Shown in pieces: positions 51,301 to 61,465 of a DNA stretch of 64,000 nucleotides (positions are counted from its first letter, which is position 1; each line of letters begins with the position of its first letter). A model generated the notes under the pieces. That model saw only the letters and a program-made list of their open reading frames with translations. It was not told the DNA's origin and did no database searches. The stretch covers positions 64,001-128,000 of the IMG/VR virus record IMGVR_UViG_3300023274_000001; one strand, given 5' to 3'. The stretch comes from an uncultured virus (IMG/VR IMGVR_UViG_3300023274_000001). Its lineage: Duplodnaviria; Heunggongvirae; Uroviricota; Caudoviricetes. Made by a program: the position numbers and the translations under genes.

Positions 51301-54300
51301 CGGTGAAGAGGTTCAGGTCGAGATCTACTCGAACGGCTCCACGCACACGCTGTACGAGTGCTGCGGGTACGACGACTGCCGGGAGCTGATCCTGGTCAAG
51401 GGTCTCGGGATCGACCGGGACGAAGCGTTCGCCGGGGACCGGTTCCTGACCGAGGTCGAGGGTGAGCCGGTCCGCATCACGGTCAAGCCGCTGGACGACC
51501 CGTCGTCGTGCATCTGGTGCTACGGGTGCGGCGACTTCCTCGCGCACGGCGAGGGCTGCGAGTGCGAAGACCGGGGCCACAACCCCGAGGCCGACCGGGA
51601 GCCGATGCGCCCGCTGGTCGTGGAGGACGGTCGGCTGGAGCTGACCCACTGGAACTGAGCGGAGACGCCCTAGGGCTCCCGGCCGAGCGCCGGGGGCCCG
51701 GGAGTGTCGCTGATCGGGCGATGCCGGAACGGAGAAGGAGAACGGGATGACCGAGATGGACGTGCTGGAGACGGCGGGCCGCTACCGGGTGCGCCTGGTG
51801 GTTCAGCAGGACTCGCAGGATTGCAACCCCCGGACCGAGCAGGACTGCAACCTGACGAACGTGATCACCCCGAAGGGTCAGCGGTACATCGACGTCGACA
51901 AGGACGGCGGCCCGCTGGCCGAGGGCTGGGAGCGGATCGAGGACTGGTACGTGGACGCGGTCCCGGTCTTCACCCGGTGGGCCAAGATCTTCCACGGCGC
52001 CACGGTCGTCGAGCACCGGCCGCACGACGGCGCCTGGTCCATCTGGTACGTGATGCCGGAGAAGCTGGCCGAGACCACGTGGACGGCCGAGAAGGTCATC
52101 GAGTCGGAGCAGGCCGAGTACCAGCGGTGGGCCGAGGGTGAGGTGTACGGCCACATCGTCGAGAAGGACGTGACTCGCATCCCCCGGGACGCCGAGGACC
52201 GGGAGGACCCCGAGCTGGACGACGAGACCAGCGAGTGGGAGCACGTCGACTCGTGCTGGGGCTACATCGGCCGGGAGTACGCCGAGGAGGCGGCCCGTGA
52301 GGCGTTCGTCCCGTACGCCGAGGAGGCCGGGAAGTGAAGCGCGAGGTGCGGGAAGTCGCTCCGATGACCGTGACCCGGATCATCCGGGGCAGGCCGCCGG
52401 GACACATCGGACCGTACTGGTTCGGCTTCGACATCAAGGTGACCGGTCCGGCGGACGGGGCGTACGTGAGCGTTCGCGCCCGCGCCCTGGCCATGGCCGA
52501 CGCGAAGGCCCTGTGTGAAGAGGTGAACGCGCCGGACCTGGTGCTCCAGTTCGAACAGTCCGGCAACTGGAGTGACCCGAGGGAGTACGAGTGCACGATC
52601 AGCTTCGGTACGGGCCTTTCCGTGGAGGAGGACCCGCTGTGAGCGGTGACATGTGGACCCTGCCCGACGGGACTGAGATGGTCTACCAGGATGGTGATCA
52701 CGTCACCATCGACATCGACCCCGGTTCGTCGTCGGCCCTGCAACTGCCGTTCCTGAGCGGCTACGTGCGGGGGTACGACGCCACGATCGAGGACGACGGT
52801 CCGGCCAAGGTGGCGTACACGCTGTACAGCGTGGGGAACAACCCGCTGGTCGGCGTGCGGGAGGAACGACTGAAGAAGACGGTCGGCCGGTTCGGCATCG
52901 GCCACGGCCGGGGTGCGCACGGGGACGGCAAGGCGTGTCATCTGTGCGGTGCGAACCTCTGATCGGGAGGCGCCCTAGGGCGACCGGCTCCGGCCGGTCA
53001 CCCGGGAGTGCCGCTCACCAGAGCGGACGGAGAGGGAGAAGATGCTGACGAGTGAGGGTCTGGCCGAGGGACGCGCCTGGGTGGCCACGCCGGAGGAGTA
53101 CGAGGAGAAGGTGCAGCCGCACGTCAGGCAGCGCAACGAGCGCCGCCTGCGGGGTTTCAACTTCGAGATCGTGATCGGCGGCCTGTGCCGGGACGGGGAC
53201 TTCGCGTACCCCTACCCGGGCTACTACGGCACCACGGCGCCGGTCGTGGGGCTGCGCCGGGACCAGGCCGAGCACCTGACGGCCGAGCTGCTGAAGAAGC
53301 TGGCCCCCGGCGGCGAACTGCCGACCGACGCGGCCGAGCTGCTGGACTTCGTGTCCACCGTGCTCCGCAACGGCTCCACCCCCGCCTGACGGGAGGCGCC
53401 CCAGGGTTTCCGGCTGCGACCGGAGGCCCGAGAGCGCCGCTCGTGAGCGGTGTGGACCGGAAGGGAGGTGATCGTGATGAGCGACGACGAGTGGGAGAAG
53501 GCGGGCCGTGAGGCCGATGAGATCCTGCGTCGGCTGAACGGCTGATCGCCGACCGCGCAGCACACCACGTGAGCACAGAGAACTGCAACCGGAAGATGGA
53601 GAAGAACATGACGCAGGAGACGCCCCAGACCCCGCCGGACATGATCAACGTGCCGGTCCCGGCCGACACCCCGCCGCCGGAGGCCATCGCGGTCACCCCG
53701 GAGAACGCGCAGCAGATGGACGCCGACAAGAAGTAGCGGGCCGACGGCGCCGCTCGGGGCGGCCGGGAGACCGGCCGCCCCCTCGGAAGGGGGAGACATG
53801 CACGAACAGGACGTATGGCGGGTGCGGTTCACCCGGGAGCACGGGGAGCTGTTCTCGCAGACCCTGGAAGGGCTGATGACCTTCCGGTACGGGTCCAGCG
53901 GGACGTGGGCGGCGCATTCGGCCATGCTCCACTGGACCCGGGCGTGCGGGGTGCCGGGCAACGCCGAGAACTATCCGATGCAGTACCTGGTCGAGGCCAT
54001 CCGCATGAAGGACGGCGAGGAGATCGTCGCCGGTACGGCGACCGTCGTACGGGATTCCCTGAACGGGAAGTTCCTCAACGAGAACCAGGTCGACATTCTC
54101 CAGTTCACCACGGAGGGGACGCTGATCCGTACCCGGGAGAGCTGGACCGTAGCCGAAAGGCACTGAAGGAAGGGAGTGGGGCATGGCTCTCACGCTCACG
54201 AAGGAACCGGCGCCGGAGATCACCGGCCCGATCACGATCCGCTCCGAGTGGAACCACTCGTGCACGTCGCAGTGCCCGAACCCGTGCCCGGCATCGTCCC

Positions 54301-54877
54301 GCCTGGGATCGCCGATCATCACGGCCCGCATCCCGCAGCAGCCGGGGCCGCAGTCGCCCCCGCCGAAGGCTCCGAAGGTCCCGCAGCAGCCGGGCCCCCG
54401 GGACTGAAACCGAACCAGGAGAGGGAGAAGATCATGGGCGAGTGGACGATGCACGGCAAGGTGTGGTCCGACGACGGCGACGTGGGCGGCGACACGCAGA
54501 TCGGGAAGGCGGCAAGCGTCCGGTTCGTGAACCCGGACTACCCCGGCGCGCGGGTCACGGTATATGCCTACGCGCACGCTCCCGAGCGGGCGATCGAGGC
54601 GAAGGTCGGTTCGATCGAGGTCCACATGGGCTACGACGCCGACCTGAGCAACCTCGGGATCGAGTCGCAGGTCTGGTTCGAGATCGACGACGACGCCGCC
54701 GGGGACGCCGACGAGTGGGATCCGACCTGGTCGGAGATCAAGTACGAGTCGCTGGACTCGTACATCGGCCCGGGTCCCGATGAGAAGCGGGTGGCCGTGG
54801 CCGAGGCGGCGGCGCTCGCATGGGTCCGGTCGTACGACCCCAAGAAGTTCATCAAGTGGGACGGCGAACGGTTCTGA
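48353..54877 (+). other. Array of small hypothetical genes: 48353-48625, 48716-49273, 49270-49845, 49863-50138, 50271-50621, 50635-51087, 51089-51658, 51747-52337, 52334-52642, 52639-52962, 53042-53389, 53608-53736, 53798-54166, 54183-54407, 54434-54877
   Basis: RBS or coupling and codon usage; many are acidic. Confidence 0.7.
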
Positions 54878-54952
54878 GCCGGTGCGTTCGGGGCGGCGGG
54901 AGCTACGGGTTCCCGCCGCCCAGTGCACATCGGACGGAAGGAGAGGGAGAGC

Positions 54953-55924
54953 GTGAAGACGATCAAGGATGCCGAACAGGTCACTCCGCAGCAGCTCACG
55001 GGCATGACCCCGACGCAGGTGGACGAGCTGTTCGCTGCCACCTGGGACCACCGGTACGAGCTGGTGGCGGACGTGTACGCCGCATGGAACGAGGTGCACT
55101 ACGCCGTCGGCGACCGCCGGATCAGCGCGCAGACGTGGCGCCTGGGTCACCAGGAAGTGCAGGACAAGGCAGCCGGGACCGAGCGGGGGCGCAAGGCGCT
55201 CGACCGGGTGAACCGGGCGAAGGGTGCGGTCGCCGAGCTGGACGGCACCGTACTGGCCAAGCTGGAGAACGAGTTCGGCCGCCGGAGCGGCTGGTCCCGG
55301 GCCTACCTGGTGACCGATGGCCACGTGCACAGCTCGATGCACTGCTCGTCGTGCAACCGGGGCGAGTTCCCGACCCGGTTCTTCTGGATGATCGACTACT
55401 CCGGGAAGAGCCACGCCGAGATCATCGAGGCCGCCGGGGAACGGGCCTGCACGATCTGCTACCCGGATGCCCCGGTCGCCCGCCGGGACAAGGGCGAGGC
55501 GGTGGCGGTGCCGAAGTCGGTGATGTTGACCTCCGAGGAGATCGAGCGCGCCGAGGCCAGGGAGGCGGAGGCCAAGCGCCGGGCGGAGAAGAAGGCCAAG
55601 GCCGCACTGAACGCCATCACGCAGCCTGACGGTACGCCCCTGCGGGACGAGGTGGACCGGGACGGCAGGCAGAAGGGCTCGGTCGTGAAGACCGTGCGCA
55701 CGGCCCGCAGCGAGCTGAAGCGGCAGTGCTGGTACGCGTACGCCTGGGGCGACGACGACGGCGCCCATGAGCGCAACGTTCAGCACCTGGGGCGGGCCGT
55801 GGCCTGGAAGGAGAACGGGCTGGAGATCGGGACCGAGCCGACCGCCGAGCAGATCGAAGCGGTGATCAAGCCGCTGCGGGACAAGGCCCACAAGGAAGTC
55901 GACAAGGCCCGAGCGGAGGGCTGA
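54953..55924 (+). CDS. Conserved actinophage Zn-binding hypothetical protein
   Basis: GWSRAYLV..GHVHSSMHCSSC...ACTICYPDAP. Confidence 0.75.
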   Translation: MKTIKDAEQVTPQQLTGMTPTQVDELFAATWDHRYELVADVYAAWNEVHYAVGDRRISAQTWRLGHQEVQDKAAGTERGRKALDRVNRAKGAVAELDGTVLAKLENEFGRRSGWSRAYLVTDGHVHSSMHCSSCNRGEFPTRFFWMIDYSGKSHAEIIEAAGERACTICYPDAPVARRDKGEAVAVPKSVMLTSEEIERAEAREAEAKRRAEKKAKAALNAITQPDGTPLRDEVDRDGRQKGSVVKTVRTARSELKRQCWYAYAWGDDDGAHERNVQHLGRAVAWKENGLEIGTEPTAEQIEAVIKPLRDKAHKEVDKARAEG

Positions 55925-55928
55925 GGTC

Positions 55929-57765
55929 GTGGCGGAAGACTGGGCGCGGGAGATCGAGACCGGGGATCACTCACTCCGCGTGGGGCCCGAGGGCGTCACG
56001 CTGGACGGGCCTGGTGGCGTGGAAGAACTGACCCCGAAGGACATCGAGCGCCTGTACCAGGCGCTCGTCAACTACCGCTCACACAGCGGACTGGACTGGG
56101 AGTGGGCCCGTCAGGGCTCCGACTGGTGGAAGTAGGAGAGGGAGAAGATGAACGAGACCACCATGCGCCTCATTCACTGGATCTGGGGCGAGCCGAAGCT
56201 GGCCGAGTTCCTGCGTGGCATCGCCGAGGGGGAGGAGATCCCGCCGCACCACGAGGTGTTCGAGTACGGGGATGACCAGCTCGCCTGCTGGATCTCCGAC
56301 CTCGTCTTCCCGGAGGACCGCAGCCGGGGGATCAAGGCGTGGATCGACCTGGGCGGCAGCGACGAGCGGGCCGACGCCCTGTATGAGACGCTGACCGAGG
56401 GCCGCAAGACGCCCGCCGGTCGCCTGAAGTGGCTCGACGAGATGGACATCGGCCTGATCCGGGACGCCCTGCTGGGGCACCGGGGAGGCTCGGACATCTA
56501 CGTCCACTCCCTGGTCAAGCCCTACCACCCGAACAACACCTACCGGGTGCACGACTCCGGGACCGTGTACGAGCGAGGGTGGACGTCGGCCTCCGGCGCC
56601 TGGGGGCTGGCCGAGAAGGACCGCCAGATCTGCCCCCGTCCCACGGTCTCGCCGTGCGGGTGCACGGTGGTCCAGCGTGGCTGACCTGAGCTGCACCTGC
56701 GGTCCCGGCACTTCGGTCGCCGGGACCCGGCAGGAGATCATCGAGCAGCGGCTGGCCCCGCTCTTCGGACTCACGGTTCCCGAGGTTCATGCCCTGCTGG
56801 ACCTGCTGGACCGGGCGAACGAGGCCACGCTGGACATCCCGGACGACAAGCGGGACCCGGACGGCGGGGAAACCGAGCGGCAGATGGCCCGGGAATCCGG
56901 CCGCACCGAGGGCTGGATCAAGAACTTTCTGGCCGCGTGGGAGTTCACGGGTGACACCCTGGACCGGGAACTGCACGAGAAGCATGGCCCATGGGGCGGT
57001 CTCTTCGGCAAACAGTCCTGAACAACTGGAACTTCACGGCCTAGGTCAGTAGTATTCGAGGGCCCCGGGAGAACCGGGGCCCGGGAGGAGAGACGGCATG
57101 CAGCAGATGGACGAGTACCGGCGCACCGCCAAGTTCGTGGACGTGGTGGCCGGTGAGCCGGGTCAGGTGCACACGGTGTACCGCTTCCCGAACACGGAGC
57201 ACGGTCACGGCCGGGCGGTCGAGTACCGCAACGCCTACAACGAGTCCCTGCGCGAGGCGATGGGGATCCCGAAGGCCGACCTGGAGCTGGAGAGCCCCGA
57301 CTGGGGTCAGCGCCGGGACGAGTATGACCGGGCCGAGAAGGTCGAGTCGTACCGGTACAACCAGGCGGGACTTTCGTACGTGCACCCGCCCAAGCTGATC
57401 GGGCCGGACGACCCGATGCCGACCGACTACCCGCACGAGTTCTGAGGAGATCCGGGATGGCCGAGCTGACCCGTGACACCACGCACTACATCGTCCATTC
57501 CACGGTCGTCGACCCGGGACCGAACTCCACCTTCGGCACCTCTCCCCCGTACTCGGGTGAGCGGGCACTGGAGCGAGCCGTGAAGGCGGCCCATGCGGAG
57601 CTGGCCGGGCGCCGCCGGGCGTTCGTGACGGCCCGGGACGGCGAGAGCCGGATCCTCGCCGTGATCCCGGTCGTGGACTACCCGGTCTTCGGGGACACGC
57701 ACGTCCCCGAGAACGCGCAGGACGCCATCACGGCCCTCTTCGAGGGGCTGGACTGGACGATCTGA
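55929..57765 (+). other. Small hypothetical genes 55929-56135, 56148-56684, 56677-57021, 57098-57445, 57457-57765
   Basis: RBS and codon usage. Confidence 0.7.
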
Positions 57766-57837
57766 CACGGACGAAACCGGGCCCCTGGGAAGGGCTCCCG
57801 GTAGGCGGAACAGGACCGCCCTGACGAGTCCCGTCAG
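57762..57837 (+). ncRNA. Type II hammerhead ribozyme
   Basis: GGAC-GAAA-CCGG..CCGG-UA^-GGCGG-loop-CCGCC-CUGACGA-GUCC: all core nucleotides and three stems present. Confidence 0.93.
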
Positions 57838-57852
57838 TACGGAGAGGAGAAG

Positions 57853-60840
57853 GTGAACGTGAATGCCGAGCTGCCCAGGTCGATCGAAACGGTGACTCTC
57901 GCCGACATGCCGGTGGGGATGACCGCCTACACCGTGCCCTGGGCCATGTATGCGGACCAGGACAGGAAGTTGTGGCTCGACCCCAACTTCACCTTCGAGA
58001 AGCGCCCGGGTGGCACCGTGCAGATGCGAGTCACACGCATCGACGAGGGATTCCAGGTGGGCTACGTACCCGGGGAGACGTACGAACCTGGAAGCGGTCG
58101 CGCCTCCGGCAAGGACGGCCTGCCCGTCATCGCGCTGACCGGGGCGCCCGAGCCCGACGACGCGAACGCCTGACCAGCAAATACGGATCGGAGAAGAACA
58201 TGCCGGTGAGCTACACCTTCACGAAGGCTGACGGGACCGAGCAGGACCCCGCCGCTGACCTGACCCCGGTACAGCAGGCGTTTCTGGCCCTGAGCGAGAT
58301 GGGGATCGGGATCCCCCGGCTGGACCGCAGCACGCTGGACGAGTGCGTGCGCCGCGCGGACCTGTTGCAGGCGTACGTCGGCATCGTGTGGCGCAACGGT
58401 GACGGGACGCCCCGGATCTTCACCCGGGCCGACTTCACCGAGCTGCTGCCCGGCGCCCGCACGAACTGGACGGCCCGCAGCAAGCGGGACTTCGACCAGG
58501 CCATGAAGAAGGAGATCGACGCGTACTGGAACAGCGTCGACAGCCGCAAGAAGTAGGAGGACGGCATGCCCCGGTGGCGGTACGACCTGGACCAGGTGAT
58601 CCGGGTGATGGACCAGGTGATCGACAAGGAACCCGAGCGGATCGACCGGCGGGCCGAGGGGCGCCTGGGCTGCGTGTACGCCGAGCACGGGGCGGCGGCC
58701 TGCCTGGTGGGCGAGATGCTGGTGGCCCTCGGGATCGAGGTTCGCACCCTGCGGGGGCTCGACCGGGAGGGTAAGTACATCCACGAGTCGGAGCACCCGT
58801 TCTGGCGCCGGTTCCAGCCGGAGGCCCGGGATCTCCTGTCGTACCTGCAACGGCAGAACGACGCCTCGTGGACCTGGGCGAAGGCCCGGGAGCGGGCGTT
58901 CACCGTCAATCGCAGGTGGTTCGAAGAGGGACCCGAGTCCCGCTACTACCACCGGGCGTTCCCGGGCGCCTGGGTGACCGCCGAGAACTATCGCAAGATC
59001 ACGAAGTACTGAGGAGAGGGAAGAACGTGGACAGCTTCACGAACGTGGCCGCCGACGCGGTGACGGCGCACGAGAACGGGACATACCGGAAGGGCGCCAA
59101 CGCCGCCGCCGATCACGTGGTCGAGGCGGTCAGGAAGTACGGCAAGTGGGCGGTGCTCGCCGCCTCCGAGCTGATCAAGCTCGACCCGGACGACGCCTTC
59201 GAGGACATCCCGGCCGACAAGGTCATGGAGTTCATGGAGGAGAACTACCTGCACTCCGGGGCCACCGTCGCCCACGCGCTGGAGACCTACGCCAAGGACG
59301 CCGGGGACCACACCGAGCTGGGCCGCCTGTACGACGCGCTCGACAAGGCGGGCGGCGTGGACCGCTTCGACTGGGGCTCTTATGCCGACGACGGCATGAC
59401 CCCGACGATCGGCCTGCACTTCGTCGTGATGCCGGTCCCGGCGGGCGAGTCCGGCACCTTCATCTTCGGGAGCTGAGCCATGTCCTGGGAATCCAACCGG
59501 GAAGTGATCCGGACCTGCCTCGCGGAAGCGATGAAGGGCAAGGCCGGAGCGAACGGTCCCGGAACCCTGCGGGAGGTGCGCGGCAAGAACGACTCGGACA
59601 CCTGGTTCACGATCATCGGGACCTGGCGCCTGTACGCCCGCTTCCTCGCCGCCGTGGCCGCCGAGAGCGCGCAGACGGCGCACATCCTGGACTTCAACAT
59701 GGTCCCCGGTGACCCCGGGGACGGGAGCGGCGAGATGGAGTTCTTCTTCGTCGGCTGCCGCCTCGCGGACTTCGAGAAGAGGGGGAGCTGACCACATGGT
59801 CAACGGCGGTGACATGCTCGACTGGTGGACGGTTCCGGGTGCCCGCTGGGGTGTGCGGAACGTGGACTTCAAGGTCGAGCTGAAGCGGGACGGGGTGGCC
59901 AGCCCGGTCCTGCTGGAGGGGTACAGCGAGGAAGACCTGGCCGCGTTCGACGGCGGTGACTGGCAGTTCGTCATCGTCCGCGTGGTGCCGGTGGACCGGG
60001 ACCTCACGGACCTGGTGAGCGCCGAGCGGTTCATCCGGGGTGTGGACTGGGGCGACCTGCCGCAGGGCCGCATCGACCGGGAGGATGTGACCGACGCGCA
60101 GGCGAAGGAGCTGGCCATCGAGTCGGTCCGGGCGCTGCGCAGCTTCGGGGTCACCGTCGAGACGGAACGGGACAGCGAGTTCGCGATCCCGCGCGTTACG
60201 GCTCCGTTCTGAACGAGCCCTGTGGGGCCCTCGCCGAGGGCCCCGTGGAGTCCGGTTCAGCCGGTGAAAACGGAAGGGAGAAGAGGATGCTCACATTGGT
60301 GCTGTGCTTTCCGGCGCAGGGGAGGATGCCCCGGGGCGAGCTGCGGATCTCCGCCAGTCACGTCCCGCAACTCGGCTCGACCATCAACACGCCGAGCCCC
60401 CGATTCGGTACCTGGAAGGTGAATCACATCGGCCAGGACACGGACGGGACCACCCTGAGCGACACGGTGTTCCTCTACCTGGAGGAGACGGACTGATGGG
60501 ACACCGGATCAAGGTCGAACGGTACGGCCTGGACCACGCACTGGAGAGCAGCGAGGAGTTCAACGCCCCCTCATGGGAGGGCATCTGGCAGGCCGTCGAG
60601 GGCGAGATGGAGCGCACCGGAAAGACGCCGAGCGGCATGGAGGGCTGGGAAGAGGGCGGCTGCGTCCTGGACTCGGACCACGACTGCGAGGCCGACCCCG
60701 CCAAGTGCGAGGAGAACCTGAAGGACGCGATCCGGGACTGGATCAAGTCGTCCTGGGAGAACGACGAACTGAAGACCGGCAGCTTCCACTTCGGCGGCGT
60801 GGACTGGTCGTCGGTCACCTTCGGATGGGACGGAGAGTAG
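57853..60840 (+). other. Small hypothetical genes 57853-58173, 58200-58556, 58566-59012, 59027-59476, 59480-59791, 59796-60212, 60287-60496, 60496-60840
   Basis: RBS and codon usage. Confidence 0.7.
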
Positions 60841-60843
60841 GAC

Positions 60844-61146
60844 ATGGCGGAGCGGATGCGCGTGAAGGAGGCCCCTCGCCGGATCGAGGGGCTGCCGGTG
60901 GTCAAGTCGGCCTTCCTGGGCTGGCTTTCCGACTTCCGGCAGGAGGGCGGATACGTGGCGGTCTGCATCACGTACGGCGTGACCGACGTGGACAAGGGTG
61001 AGCAGTACCAGTTCCACATCATGTGGTCGAACGGCCTGGACAAGCCGTGGCGCCGCATCGAGAGCCTGCTGGAGCTGAACCGATACGCGGCGCTGGCCGC
61101 GTTCGACAGGCACGAGAAGCTGGCCGTCTGGCCGGAAGGGAACTGA
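60844..61146 (+). CDS. Hypothetical protein, paralog A
   Basis: Aligns by eye with 61149-61463. Confidence 0.7.
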   Translation: MAERMRVKEAPRRIEGLPVVKSAFLGWLSDFRQEGGYVAVCITYGVTDVDKGEQYQFHIMWSNGLDKPWRRIESLLELNRYAALAAFDRHEKLAVWPEGN

Positions 61147-61148
61147 AC

Positions 61149-61463
61149 ATGGCACGCAGGAACCCGCTGCTGGCCAAGGCCCTGCCGTCCACGGTGGACG
61201 ACCACCACGTGATCAAGGTGAGCCACCTCGGCTGGCAGGACAACGAAGAGCTGTCAATGATGCCCGGCTACCTGGCGGCCGTCATCACGTACAACGCCTA
61301 CAGCGGTGACGACCCCGGCGCCTACGGCATCCACCTGATGCGGACTGCCACGCCCGACGGCCGGTGGCTGCGCATCGACAGCCGCCGCAACCTGATGTGG
61401 AGCGAGGCCGAGAGCGCCTTCGCTTCCTACGACAAGCTGGCCGTCCGGCCGGGGAGGATCTGA
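61149..61463 (+). CDS. Hypothetical protein, paralog B
   Basis: Shares LGW..ITY..H.M..W.RI.S..F..KLAV.P with the previous gene. Confidence 0.7.
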   Translation: MARRNPLLAKALPSTVDDHHVIKVSHLGWQDNEELSMMPGYLAAVITYNAYSGDDPGAYGIHLMRTATPDGRWLRIDSRRNLMWSEAESAFASYDKLAVRPGRI

Positions 61464-61465
61464 AC

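Noticed and set aside
40030-54926. CRISPR array or integron attC array
   Set aside because: Repeats are irregularly spaced by whole genes and lack RYYYAAC/GTTRRRY ends; no cas or integrase gene in the window
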